A stretch of 64,000 nt of DNA from Mobula hypostoma (taxonomy: Eukaryota), in contig NC_086097.1 in assembly GCF_963921235.1 (NCBI RefSeq), forward strand, positions 165,232,001 to 165,296,000, written 5' to 3'. A program made the position numbers and the translations under genes. Positions 1-13,010 of the stretch are shown here, piece by piece. How positions within the stretch are numbered: position 1 is the first letter of the stretch; every line of letters starts with the position of its first letter. Below the pieces are notes generated by a model. The model saw only the letters and a program-made list of their open reading frames with translations, was not told the DNA's origin and did not search any database.

Positions 1-379
1 AAGTGTTTGTAACTCTCTGTTCTAGTAGGATCAGTTCCAGCTTGGAAAGGTTGTTTATATTTAGATAAAAAGCATTGGTGGGTCACTTCAAGGTATTTAT
101 GTTACAACAGTGATGTGAATAATGTTAAAAGTGTCCAGTGGTTTGCTTGATTGGCTGGAGCTTTTTTGAATGTTGGGGCTGCATTCATCCAGGTAAGTGG
201 GGGTATTAAAGAAACGAAGCTAGTCTAGTGTTCCAAGATAGCAGGATTAGAGAATGCTAGTTAATAATCGATATTGGGGCTTTGGTCAGGAAAAAGAAGG
301 GTCCATATCTTGAGTATTTTCAGCTGGGACAAATGAAGCCCTTAGGTACAAGGGTTGTTGGTGGGCAGAGGGAACATGA

Positions 380-1200
380 GGTATCCTTGGAATAAAGGAA
401 AATCCCAAACAATTCTATTTATATTAAGAGCAAAAGGGTAAATGGGGAGAGGCTAGGTCTCCTTCAGGATCAATTACATATGGGTTTTCCAGAGGTAAAG
501 GAGTTCTTCAGTAGATACTTCTCATCATGATTTACCATGGAATGAACTAGTGAGTTCAGAGAAGTAAACACAAATTCCCTGAAAAATATCCACATTATGA
601 ACAAGGAGGTGCTTGGCAGTCTTCAAGGACATAAAGGTGGACACATCTCTGGTACCTGGCAAATTGTATCTTTGGATGTTGTGGGAAGCAACTGTTGGAT
701 CTTTGTTAGCCACAGCCAAGGTGCAGGAAGGTGGTTAATGTGTACCTTTAAGAAAGGCTGCAAGGACAAGCCAGGGAATTACAGGCAGGTGGGTTCAACA
801 TCAGTGGAGGGGAAATTAACTGGAAAGGATTTTGAGAGACAGAAGTTATCTGCAGTTGGAAAGACAAATTGAGTAAGGTTTTGTGTCTGGAAAATAATGT
901 CTCATGAATTTAAGGTTTTTGAAAATGTGACCAAGAGGATTGATAAGGGCGTGTTGGTAGATGTTGTCTCCATAGACCTTAGCAAGGACTATGACAAGGT
1001 CCCATGTGGTAGATCACATCCAGAGTGAACTAGCCAATTGGATGCAAAATTAGGTTTGTGATGCAAGACATGAGGATGTTAGTGAAGATTGATTTTTGGA
1101 ACGGAGTCTGTGATTAGTAGGTTGCCATATGGATTACTGCTGGGTTCCCTGTTGTTTGCCATTATATCTTAATATTTGGATGAGAATATACTGTATGTAG
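380..1200 (+). mobile_element. Degenerate CR1 LINE ORF2 fragment
   Basis: FKKGCKDKPGNYRQVGSTSVEGK and a DLSKDYDKVP-like motif, with many stops and frameshifts. Confidence 0.75.
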
Positions 1201-1946
1201 CATAGTTGCAACAGTGTGTCATGTGAAGTTATTGCTTGACTGATTAAGTGTTTTCCCCTAATCTCTATTGACTTCAGTTTTCCTTGGCCTTGCCATGCTA
1301 AGGCTGCATCACTATTGAGAGTAGTTAATTTCATATCAAGTTCCTCTTTTTTCCATTTTTGAAATTAAATTGGAGCCAATTGACCTTGGTAGGATCTTAA
1401 ATTAAGCTTTGGTCAGCATTTCCATCAACCTGAGTGTACTGATGGGCTGGATTAAATGTGTAAATTCATTGACCCCGTGAAAGATAAACTGGAAAATGCT
1501 TCAGTGGGTAAGGCAAGAGCCAGAGTTAACATTACAGGTCAAAGATCAACTCATCAGAGGTGTAAACAGGAATCACCTTAGTTTTTAAGTTGCAGAAAAA
1601 GTGGGGACCACCCTTTGAGATGGTGTGTTGTTCCAGAGAGAGGCCAAGTACATGTACAAGAGGTGATGTGGCAATGCATAGTACTGAGCATGGATCTTAA
1701 GAATACAGTTGTTTGAGAATGTTTAGATAGCTTGAATATGCCTTTGATCTTAGGTGAATTTGAATTAAGTAATCTCTGGTGGAATCAATTTGAACTGGAG
1801 ATGTTGCCAAGGAAAAGTGTGTAGCTGTGGTAGTGAGTTTTAGTGAACATATTGCAGATAAGAAGGCAACAGAAAGCAGTGAGGGTAAACAAGATAAATG
1901 AGGTCCTGCCGAAGGTTTCAGCCCAAACCATCAACTGTATTCTTTT

Positions 1947-2345
1947 AACAACACACATAAAAGTTGCTGGTGAACGCAGCAGGCCAGGCAGCATCTCTAG
2001 GAAGAGGTACAGTCGATGCTTCAGGCCGAGACCCTTCGTCAGGACTAACTGAAAGAAGAACTAGTAAGAGGTTTGAAAGTGGGAGGGGGAGATCCGACCA
2101 TTTCGGATCTCCCCCTCCCCCTCCCCCTCTTAAATCTCTTACTAGCTCTTCATTTCGGATCTCCCCCTCCCCCTCTTAAATCTCTTACTAGCTCTTCTTT
2201 CAGTTAGTCCTGACGAAGGGTCTCGGCCTGAAGCATCAACTGTACCTCTTCCTAGAGATGCTGCCTGGCCTGCTGCTACGTTCACCAGCAACTTTTATGT
2301 GTGTTGCCTGAAATTCCAGCATCTGCAGATTTCCTCATGTTTGTG
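1947..2345. mobile_element. Penelope-like element terminus with inverted (palindromic) arms, inserted in an older Penelope-like relic
   Basis: Two inverted arms. 13-bp TSD actgtattctttt at 1934-1946 and 2346-2358. A ~46-bp tandem duplication lies at the inversion junction (~2099-2196). The older relic continues at ~1900-1946 and ~2346-2447. Confidence 0.8.
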
Positions 2346-3563
2346 ACTGTATTCTTTTCCGTAGATGCGGCCTGGCCTGCTGAGTTCCTTCAGCATTTTT
2401 GTTTGTGTTGCTTGGATTCCAGCATCCGCTGATTTGTCTCTTGTTTGTAAATGGGGTGCTTAGAAATTTTGTCGAAGTGTGAAGTACCCACTCTGCAGCT
2501 TAAAACAAATTCTCTTTCTCACTTTCCAGAGATCTTCAACTTGAAATGTGAATACTGATTTTCTTCACAGATGCTCCATGACCTGCTGAGTATTGCAAGC
2601 ACTTTTTATTTTTAGTTCAGGCTTCCAGTTTTTGAGGTTTATTTGATTTTCAAAATTGGAACTTTGGAAAATGGTAATGTTGCTGGTGTAGACGTGCAGA
2701 TTAACAATACGGGCAGCATATCCTCATACATAACATCCAGAAAACTGTCTGGGCTCGTGCTATATATAATAATATTAAAACAGATCAAATTTTCTTAAAA
2801 CTGATATTTGCAACAGTGTGCTATCTGGAGGAGTCCAATTATTTATCTTCCATTCAACCCCTAAACACCAGCATTTGTTGCTGTTTCTGCTTGGTGAAGG
2901 AGCAGTTCTATGCAATTGACTTTGTACTGCTATATTGCCTCATGGCTGAGGCAGCTCCTGCAATTATGGTGCAACTCTCAAAGATGCTAGTGAGGTTACT
3001 TTGCGGGATTAGTTAGGTGTGATTTTGCTGTTTCAATTCAATGCCTAGTTTGATCCTGGATGGTCTGTTTGATTTTATTCCTCTTTTACTCTGTGGAAGC
3101 CGTTTGCCATCTATGGCTTATTGGCCTACTTCAGAGAAAAGGTAAAAATTAACCACGATACTGAAGTTATTTATAAACCGGACCTGCAAAGACAACAGGT
3201 TTTCTTCCTCAAAGAATGTTAGGTAACCAAATAAATTTTTACATTTAGCTTTTCTAGTAGCTTTAGGATCACCCTCAATATTAATTTTGTTTAATTGTTT
3301 TAAAATACTGTTTTATTTTTGGTGGAATTGAAGTTGGCAAAAAATGACTTGAAACTAACATGACTGAATGGTTCTTTAAACCCTTCCCACCATTTCCACC
3401 CCCGTGATTAATTGCAACTAAAAATATTTACAACACAGAGGTTTTGCAGATGCTGGAAATCATGAGCAGCATGCAAAAAATGCTGGAGGAACCCATCTAT
3501 GGAGGGCAGTAAATAGTCAATGATTCAGGCAGCAACCCTTCATCAGGACTAATAAAAAATCGG

Positions 3564-4245
3564 CAAAACACATAAAATTTGCTGGTGAACACAGCAGGCC
3601 AGGCAGCATCTCTAGGAAGAGGTACAGTCGACGTTTCGGGCCAAGACCCTTTGTCAGGACTAACTGAAAGAAGAGCTAGTAAGAGATTTGAAAGTTGGAG
3701 GGGGAGGGGGAGATCCAAAATGATAGAAGACAGGAGGGGGAGGGATGGAGCCAAGAGCTGGACAGTTGATTGGCAAAAGGGATATGAGAGGATCATGGGA
3801 CAGGAGGCCTAGCGAGAAAGAAAAGGGGGAAACTTCCGCTAATGCCCCACCTCCCCCTCGTACCCCATCTGTTATTTATTTATATGTACACATACTTTTT
3901 TTCTCCCACTGTACCCCTTGCCATCCGCTGTTCCCCCCCCTTTTCTTTCTCCCTAGGCCTCCTGTCCCATGATCCTCTCATATCCCTTTTGCCAATCAAC
4001 TGTCCAGCTCTTGGCTCCATCCCTCCCCCTCCTGTCTTCTCCTATCATTTTGGATCTCGCCCTCCCCCTCCAACTTTCAAATATCTTACTAACTCTTCTT
4101 TCAGTTAGTCCTGACAAAGGGTCTTGGCCCGAAACGTCGACTGTACCTCTTCCTAGAGATGCTGCCTGGCCTGCTGCGTTCACCAGCAACTTTTGTGTGT
4201 GTGTTGCTTGAATTTCCAGCATCTGCAGATTTCCTCGTGTTTGCG
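3564..4245. mobile_element. Penelope-like element terminus with inverted arms
   Basis: Minus arm 3564-3830, plus arm 3831-4245. TSD ctaataaaa(a/t)atcgg at 3549-3563 and 4246-4260. Confidence 0.85.
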
Positions 4246-5603
4246 CTAATAAAATATCGGTTTGTTAATATTATTTGAAGGTGACTCTTAAAATCAATTT
4301 AATATATTAAGATCGTATGCAAAATGGTGTTTCTTTTCTGACAGTATGATCTAGTCATGTACTATTTACAGGACTTTGCGAAGTGAGACCTGATTGTCAC
4401 TTTATCTGTTCAGATTACTTGATAATGCAGACCAAGAAATGTTGGTTCACAGCATTTAACATGGTATAATTAGACAGGTTAATTATTTTAAATTGGGTTT
4501 GTAAATACGTTTGGAACCTGTGGTAACAAATATAACTCCTCAGATTTTTATTAGGCCAAAATTCCTGTACTAGTACTTTATCAATGCATTGTGCAGATCC
4601 AAAGGTTGTCAGTAACTATAACTACATTGGGCAGAATTAATTTTTTTATGATTTCAAATTTTTGAACAATTATAAACTTACATATGATCTGGTGCAAACT
4701 TTAAAGATGGGGGTTTCTGTTATTTTCATACACCAAACTAGTTTACTTACTGTAACAATGTTTTTCCTAATGTCCAGGGATAATGGAACTTAATGCAGAG
4801 GATGGATGTATTAAATTACATTTAAATGTTAGATATTTGAACTTAAGAATTTGGTGCATGAATTGCCACACCTTAGCTGTTTGTACCATGCATTATTCTG
4901 ATTTACAGTATTTCCACAGCTGGTTTGAATTATCAATTTATTAATTACTAACACTTTTAAACTAAAGCTGGTTTGATGTATTCTGTCTGTAAGCCTAAGA
5001 GTGTAGTGTTTTAACTTGGCAAATTCCAGTAGTTTCCTGCACGCACAGTTAGCTATTACATCTGAGCTATATAAGGCAGGAAGTGAAAGATTCATTCAGT
5101 TGTTCACATAGTCCATTTATGGCAGCTGCCTTTTGTGTTTTTGTAGCAAAACCCAAAGTGGGTGAAAACATGATTTGTGTTCATTTCCCTTTAACAACAT
5201 GAATGGAGGAAAGCCAATATTTCCCATCTATTTTCATTGGAAACACGATATGCTATCTGGATGAAAATAAGCATAGTTCAGTAGCTTATTAAGAACATAA
5301 CTGTCGTTCTTTTGGGTTCTTTAAGCTGCTACTGCTTGGTAACTGCCAATTGCTAAATGTTACCATTTCTGAACAAAAAGTTAAAAATATGACCATTAAA
5401 AGCCTTCCCATAGAAAATACAAATTCTGCTTACAATAGTTTGTAGTTCATTATTTAAATAGATGGGATGTTTGAAAAGTTTAGATGAACTGCCATATAGT
5501 ATAGTTGTTTCTCTATATGAATTTACATTTTTTATATTATTCACTTTTGATCGTGACTACCTGATCATCTTCCCTTTCAAAACTGTCCAAAAGTAGTTTT
5601 AAT

Positions 5604-6922
5604 CAATGTTCCCTCTAATTTTTAGTAGTCAGGATGCGCAAAAATCTTAAGTTGTGCAAATTTTTTTCCTGTGACAAAAGTATGTGCGCACTGAATGTAC
5701 ACATGTAGGTTTACAAAATATTTGACATAAAACTGCACAGAATAACAACAAAATAACATACATATTTAAGTCACTTATTTTTTTTCTTTCTCCTGTCTTT
5801 GGCATTTACCCATTCTTTGTAAACTCTATCTAGACTAATAGAACTTCCATCCAATTGATAGTTTTTGATTCTCATTAACATATCCAAATGACATTCACCT
5901 AAACAGTTTCTCAGCTTGTTTTTGAGTTGATTCATTAGGCTAAAACCTTGCTCACAGTCAGCATTAGACGCAAGAAAGGTTCCCTCAATGTCCATCAACT
6001 GTGCAAGGTCGCAAAACTGTTCATTTTGAAGTACAAATGCCACCATTTGAGCAAAGTTTGAAATGCGTTTGGATTTAATTTTTTCTTGCATGGAAAATTT
6101 GAAATAATTAAACTATCTATTACAATATTTTCAGCTAGAAAATCATGATATTTTAGACATAAGACATTAACTTGTTCACCGCCAAGTGTGAAGTCACAAT
6201 CTACAATTGCGGAGAAATCGAAAGCTGACCATTCTTGTACCTCAACTTTGATCTCCTCTGGGTTTGATCGTTTCGCATTCACTCATCTGCACTCAACCGT
6301 AACATGCGTAGCATTCCTGTAACGGGTAATGACGGGTTCTGTTGCCTGAGCTTTTGCACACCGTCCAAATGCGATTTACTTGCCAAATGACGCTTCAAAA
6401 AGTCAAGTTTCCAAATATCATCCCACTTCTTTCCACTCGCAAATTCTTCAGCAACTTTTGCATCACAACATAAATATTTCTCGTAGCTGAACGTTCATGA
6501 CTTCATGAGCAGTTTCTACTCTTTTGTTATGCCATTCAACTTTAAACAAATTTGCAGTTCTTTTGGGCTTCACGCCCTTCGCTTCCTTTGAATTCGACAT
6601 AGTGAATCAATACTTTTTTCAATAAAAACTTAGTAAGCTATCAACAGGATTTGAAACAAAGCTTTGTAAACTTTACGATATGAACACTGTCCGTGGAACA
6701 GGAAAGGCGAGGTGACGTAAATTAGTGATGTGCATTGTGATATTTGAAAAAATGACTAACTAGCTAACAGAAACAGCTAAAAGATTATTTTCAATAAGAT
6801 TAATTATTAATTACTACATTATTTTAGGTAACTAACCTTTTGTGTGCACATTAACTTCCTTTGTGCGCTGGTTGAAAAACGTGTGTGCCCACACACACGC
6901 GCACAGCTTAGAGAGAACTATG
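5604..6922 (-). mobile_element. Internally deleted hAT DNA transposon (ZNF862-like transposase ends)
   Basis: 8-bp TSD gttttaat at 5596-5603 and 6923-6930. Imperfect TIRs caatgttccctctaa / catagttctctctaa. ORF 5771-6091 encodes the hAT C-terminal dimerisation motif (FLASNADCEQGFSLMNQLKNKLRNCL). An N-terminal zinc-finger-like remnant starts near 6600. Confidence 0.85.
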
Positions 6923-7698
6923 GTTTTAATACTGTATTTTTTACTTGTAAATACAAAACTGCTGACAAGGCTGAATTGCATAATGATCCTGTCACTGGAC
7001 TCCTCTTCCAGAGCTATGATCTATAGATTGAGAGATGTTTAAATCCCAGTAGCATCTGGGGAATTCAGATTCAAGTAAATAAATTGAAAAGAAATCTAAT
7101 TTAATGCTAGCATTGGTAGTAGTGACCATGAAATTGGTCTATTGTCATCAAAAACACATCTGCTTCAAATGACATCCTTCAAGCAGGAAACTTGCCATCC
7201 TAGTCTGTTGGAAACTCGAGATCCAGAGCAATATGATTTGACCCTTAAATTGTCCTGCACTTTATGAATGAGAGTTTGAAATAAGTTGAGTTTTAGCAGA
7301 GAACTGTACAACTAAACTTAAGTAATAATGTTTTGACAAATTTGATTTCCTGTTTCAGTAGGTTTGTTTGCCGCAAGAGATCTGACATTTTATATACTTT
7401 TGACTTTGTAAAATGATGAACCATATTGGTTTTAAATGTGAAAAATAGCAGAAGCAGGCTATTGGACGATTTAAGCTTGTTTCGTTCTATAAGATCATAG
7501 CTGGTTTGATCTTGACCTCTAATCCTCATTCCTACCATTTTCCCATGACCCTTGCACTTAAAGTTTCTTTTTTTTTAAGATCTATTTTAGTCTGAATGGT
7601 GGGGCCCTTGATGTTGGATATTGCTTTCTTGTGGCAGTGCTGCTTGTAGATGTGCTCATGTTGGGGAGAGCTATTTAGAGAAAGATGTCATCTTTAAT

Positions 7699-8121
7699 TG
7701 TCGTTGTCGTGGCTATCCCTCGAGGTCGAGGATGATGGTCTTCGTTCTGAAGAAGTGGCCCACAGAGCAAAGACACTTGTGCGTGTATTTGTTTAACGTG
7801 TACTTGTTGTTGCACTCCAAGAAGCACACGATACTTCACAAATCATCCAACTGATTCCAGTGGCATGGAATGCACGATGATTGGAGCTGATGGACTTGTT
7901 GCAGCCTTCATCCGCCTTCACAGCCGTTGAGTTCGACATAACTTCATCCGCCTGTTCCACCGTTGAGGTCTTGGTTGGATTGTTCTTCGTCAGGGACCTC
8001 ACCCTCGACCTTATCGCCATGGGTGACCCTACCAGGAGCATAGGTCCAGACGGCATCGCTCTCGGGATCACAGGACCATACAAGCTTCTCCACCGCGACA
8101 AGGTGACAATCCGTGGAGAAG
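7699..8121 (-). mobile_element. Short non-autonomous RTE-like retroelement (5'UTR joined to 3' end, no RT)
   Basis: 10-bp TSD catctttaat at 7689-98 and 8122-31. The minus-strand 5' end resembles RTE/Expander-type 5'UTRs as I recall them (gtcaccttgtcgcggtggag...ctcctggtagggtcacccatggc). The 3' end has a stem-loop and an (ACGACA)-like tail. Confidence 0.7.
8047..8121 (-). ncRNA. Putative HDV-like self-cleaving ribozyme
   Basis: P1 CUUCUCC/GGAGAAG; P3 ACC/GGU; L3 UUGUCGC; one G-C pair in P1.1; a P4 hairpin; J4/2 GCGAU; imperfect P2 CGGAUUGU/GCCGUCUG. P1 nucleotide 1 is the first base of the element. Confidence 0.55.
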
Positions 8122-9267
8122 CATCTTTAATATCATTATCAAAATGTTGCCTTTTGTTTTGCCATATTTTATATGATAAATTACAATCTGTTATGGTATT
8201 TTATTTGGTATCCAGGACTTAATAATAAATTTATTCTGCAGTTCATATCTTATTGTTCGTGTTAGTTTCACAGGCTCTTAGAAAATTACAAGAATGCTTG
8301 CAAGGGGTTCAAGAGGTTTTGTTGGAAGGGTTTCCATCCCTCCAGCCCCCACCGTTCACATTAAATCACATTTTATTTCATCATATGTGAATTGAAGTTT
8401 TGTAATTATTGCCATGAAGCAAAAGTTAGTGTGAATCACAAGAGTGTAAAATTCAATGTGCTGTGTGTTGCAAAACGTGTTTTTGTCCTGTTACTCGAGG
8501 TTCAGTTCAGCTACGTGTATGTATATATCTGGGTGATCATATTGTGAATTATAACATAACAGGGCCATTATCTTTTAAAGCAAAGATGACATTTAAAAAA
8601 CTTTTTTTCTCTGATGTGTTTGTTCTTCATGAGGAACAACATGAATAATTTTTAGAAAATATTTTATTGCATTTTACAGGGAAACGTGGTTTAGCTCTGT
8701 GTGAACAGTTTCCTGTTTTCTATGTCATTGTTTGCCATTGCTGCTTGTTCAGTCAGCTATGTCTGAGAAAAGATTTTGTGTAACACTGTAGCCTATTATG
8801 ATGCATTTGATATGGGGGCAGTTTTTCTGTTGCCCTGAAATTGCTGGCCACCTACCGTGTGCCTTGCTGTTTGGTGCAATGTTCTGCTGGGTGACCATCT
8901 GTCAGTACATTGGCATGAAGATATCTTTGCTTGGACAGCTTCCTGCACTTAGAATGACTTTGATAGCAGATGAGGAGCTGCTTCAAGATTCTCCGACTGC
9001 CAGAGCTGTTAATTTAATGAATGCTTGTCAATGTCTTTGCCTACATTCAAGTACACTATACAAAATAAACTTTTCAAAACAAATTTTAAAAGATAACAGA
9101 TTAGAGCTAAAGAAGCAATTTTCAAATTAGCAAGCCACCATCATTTGTGTCACAGGTTTCATTTGCTGTTTGAAGATATAGGCCATCCCCAGGTTACAAA
9201 TGCAGGATTTATGGACAGACAGACACACAAATGAGTCCTCTAATATTATTAAATTTAAAATACTTTT

Positions 9268-10890
9268 TGTTGTGTTTTGCAACTAAATGAAAAACTGATT
9301 GAAAGTAAAACAAGAGAGCTGCGAATGCATGTCTAACTTTGACTTTTATGCGAGGTGTGCACATATCACGTGGTGGCATGATGTCATATGCCATTTTTGT
9401 ACGTTTACCTATAAGCCTTAATGTGTTGTGTAAATAACAAAGAAAGCTTAATCAAACAATGTTTACAATATTCAAATATTACTGAAATATTAAATGTACA
9501 ACTCTCCTCCCTGCTAAGCTATAAATTCCAGCTGGATATAGAATGCATCTCAACTATCTATCTAAACAGTATACTATATAATACAACTACTATATAGACA
9601 TCCATAGCATCGTAAATTTTAAATTGTCCCATTCAGGCCTAAAGATTGAATTGCTGTGGAAGATTTCTTTCTTTTGTGGGATGATGTCTTCCCTAACTGT
9701 GGGCGGTGGGGGGGGGGTGCGTGGTGCGTGAGGGTGGCGGTCACCCTGCTTGGCAGGTGAGTTTCAGGGTCTGGGGTCTCCTCGGTGGATGTATGAGTTG
9801 ATTCTGGGACTGCAGGAAGTTATGGCAGCTTTGGACATCTTTCTTCTCTAATAATTGCCTCTGCTGTCCTCAACTGATTGATGTGTTGTCTTCAGATGAC
9901 ATCAGACGCAATCTCCACTGTGTAGGAGAATAGTGCAGTTCTGTCCTTAATCTTTCCAAGTACCCACTTTTGATCACCTCTGTAGTCCCTTGCCAGGACT
10001 GAAGCATTGAACCTCCTTGTTTGAGGAGCCCTCAGTTTAACTCAGCTGTTTGTCCTGCTTACTCCTCCTGAGATTAGGTTTGAAGAGATCCAAGTGAGAA
10101 CACGGGATGACCCAGTTACAGCATAGATAGTGAGTGGGTTGTGGAGTGTGCTACATTACAATAAGCAAGGAGGCAATTAGCGAGCCTCTGGTTCAGTATT
10201 AGTATAGTGTGTTCTGCTGGCGTTGCTGGCAGTGTGTTCTTTAGACTGCAGACAATATTTCCACCTTTCATAGCTGGGTGGTATGGTGCAGATGTAATGT
10301 GTCTTATTCTATTCATTTTCAGGATTAACAAACTGTTTCACCACAAACAGTGGTCCATTGTCACTGACTTAGTTTTCTAGAACACCAGTCCTTTGAGAAG
10401 TGGCTTCTCAACACATCAACAGTGTGCAGGGCTGTAATGGAGGCTATTGGGAACACTTCTGGCCACTTAGTAGCTGTGTCCATTAACTACCAAGAAATTT
10501 GTGCCCATGAATGGTCCAGCAGAATCTACATAAATCCTTTGCCCAGTGCAATGGAAGCCATTCCCAAGAATGGCGAGGTGCTGCTCTTGGCATCTTCTGG
10601 ACTAGTTGGCATCCTGCACATTCTACGGCAAGCTGCCAGATCTGCTCATCAATCCCAGACCACCAGACAAAGCTTCAAGAAAATGCTTTCATTTTAACCA
10701 TGCTTAGATTACCGTCATGTAGCTCCTCCAACACTTTAGCTCTCAGTTTAGATGGAGCAACAATTCTCAATCCCCACACAAGTCAACCTCCATCAAGGAC
10801 AAGTTCATTTTGGTGCTAGTAAAAATGGGGGAACTGGCATTTCACCTGCACATTCCCGCCATCCTGTGTGCCATCATGCCAGCTATCATG
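9268..10890 (-). mobile_element. Degenerate Ty3/Gypsy LTR retrotransposon remnant (integrase, PPT, 3' LTR)
   Basis: Integrase-like segments (KWPEV, DNGP, RIRHITSAPYHPA). Minus-strand PPT agggaggagag at ~9502-9512, next to an LTR-like segment at ~9268-9501. Confidence 0.75.
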
Positions 10891-11235
10891 TAGACCTGAC
10901 AATGTGGGGTCTTTTTTTGTTTCCCTTAGGATCATTGCTTCTGATTTGAGTCAGGAAGAATACATCAGGAATGCGTCCTCTACTCTTGACGTATTCTTCC
11001 TGGATCAAGTCAGTGTCCTCTTGTAAATTTTGATGCCATTCATTGTAATACTGTGTTTTTAAAAAAAAAAAATACCATATTGCTTTTGGTGTATTTGCCA
11101 ACCTACTAATAGGTTCGAACTATGGACACGTAAAAACAGAGCCAATTCATTACCTGGGTCTGCAAATCAATTTCATTTATCTTTTTTTCTGATGGAATGT
11201 GGATCTATATTATTAGAAGGATGCAAAATCTTTGA

Positions 11236-13010
11236 GATATAGAAACATAGAAAATAGGTGCAGGAGTAGGCCATTCGGCCCTTCGAGCCTGCACCGCCAT
11301 TCAGTATGATCATGGCTGATCATCCAACTCAGAACCGTGTACCAGCCTTCCCTCCATACCCCCTGATCTCTTTAGCCACAAGGGCCATATCTAACTCCCT
11401 CTTAAATATAGCCAATGAACTGGCCTTAACTGTTTCCTGTGGCAGAGAATTCCACAGATTCACCACTCTCTGTGTGAAGAAGTTTTTCCTCATCTCGGTC
11501 CTAAAAGGCTTCCCCTTTATCCTCAAACTGTGACCCCTCGTTCTGGACTTCCCCAGCATCGGGAACAATCTTCCTGCATCTAGCCTGTCCAATCCCTTTA
11601 GGATTTTATACGTTTCAATCAGATCCTCCCTCAATCTTCTAAATTCCAACGAGTATAAGCCTATTTGATCCAGTCTTTCATCATATGAAAGTCCTGCCAT
11701 CCCAGGAATCAATCTGGTTAACCTTCTTTGTACTCCCTATGTGGTAAGGATGTCTTTCCTCAGATTAGGAGACCAAAACTCCACACAGTACTCCAGGTGT
11801 GGTCTTACCAAGGCCTTGTACAACTGCAGTAGTACCTCCCTGCTCCTGTACTCGAATCCTCTTGCTATAAATGCCAGCATACCATTCGCCTTTTTCACCG
11901 CCTGCTGTACCTGCATTCCCACTTTCAATGACTGGTGTATAATGACACCCAGGTCTCGTTGCACCTCCCCTTTTCCTAATCGGCCACCATTCAGATAATA
12001 ATCTGTTTTCCTGTTTTTGCCACCAAAGTGGATAACTTCACATTTATCCACATTAAATTGCATCTGCCATGAATTTACCCACTCACCTAACCTATCCAAG
12101 TCACCCTGCATCCTCTTAGCATCCTCCTCACAGCTAACACTGCCGCCCAGCTTCGTGTCATCCGCAAACTTGGAGATGCTGCATTTAATTCCCTCATCCA
12201 AGTCATTAATATATATTGCAAACAATTGAGGTCCCAGCACTGAGCCTTGCGGTACCCCACTAGTCACTGCCTGCCATTCTAAAAAGGTCCTGTTTATTCC
12301 CACTCTTTGCTTCCTGTCTGCCAACCAATTCTCTATCCACATCAATACCTTACCCCCAGTACCGTGTGCTTTAAGTTTGCACACTAATCTCCTGTGTGGG
12401 ACCTTGTCAAAAGCCTTTTGAAAATCCAAATATACCACATCCACTGGTTCTCCCCTATCCACTCTACTAGTTACATCCTCAAAAAATTCTGTGAGATTCA
12501 TCAGACATGATTTTCCTTTCACAAATCCATGCTGACTTTGTCTGATGATTTCACCACTTTCCAAATGTGCTGTTATCACATCTTTGATAACTGACTCTAG
12601 CATTTTCCCCACCACCGATGTTAGGCTAACCGGTCTATAATTCCCTGGTTTCTCTCTCCCTCCTTTTTTAAAAAGCGGGGTTACATTAGCCACCCTCCAA
12701 TCCTCAGGAACTAGTCCAGAATTTAAAGAGTTTTGAAAAATTATCACTAATGCATCCACTATTTCTTGGGCTACTTCCTTAAGCACTCTGGGATGCAGAC
12801 CATCTGGCCCTGGGGATTTAACTGCCTTTAATCCCTTCAATTTACCTAACACCATTTTCCTACTAACATGTATTTCCCTTAGTTCCTCCATCTCACTGGA
12901 CCCTCTGTCCCCTACTATTTCTGGAAGATTATTTATGTCCTCCTTAGTGAAGACAGAACCAAAGTAATTATTCAATTGGTCTGCCATGTCCTTGCTCCCC
13001 ATAATCAATT
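11236..13010 (-). mobile_element. Young 5'-truncated CR1 LINE (RT domain, 3'UTR, tail)
   Basis: ORFs 11737-13008 and 11329-11712 are in the same frame, separated by a single TAG. Motifs [28 protein letters not shown]. (TTCTATGT)-type tail. Confidence 0.95.

Noticed and set aside
1947..2345. Palindromic repeats as MITEs, pre-miRNAs or CRISPR-like arrays
   Set aside because: Arms are unequal and truncated at varying points, TSDs are 12-15 bp and variable, and the longest copy includes GIY-YIG coding sequence, all of which fits Penelope. There is no repeat-spacer periodicity.
1785..4222. Recurring ORFs such as MLVNAAGQAASLGRGTVDVSG... and MILSYPFCQSTVQLL...
   Set aside because: Chance frames in the non-coding Penelope pseudo-LTR; they recur only because the repeat recurs on both strands.
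5771..6282. Host ZNF862-like gene exon
   Set aside because: It lies between TIRs and an 8-bp TSD, is frameshifted and internally deleted, so it is a transposon relic.
7793..8222. ORFs of 102 aa (-) and 113 aa (+) as protein-coding genes
   Set aside because: No recognisable domain; both overlap the GC-rich RTE-like element.
8798..9130. 110-aa ORF in non-repetitive sequence
   Set aside because: No recognisable homology or convincing splice context, and the length is within chance expectation.
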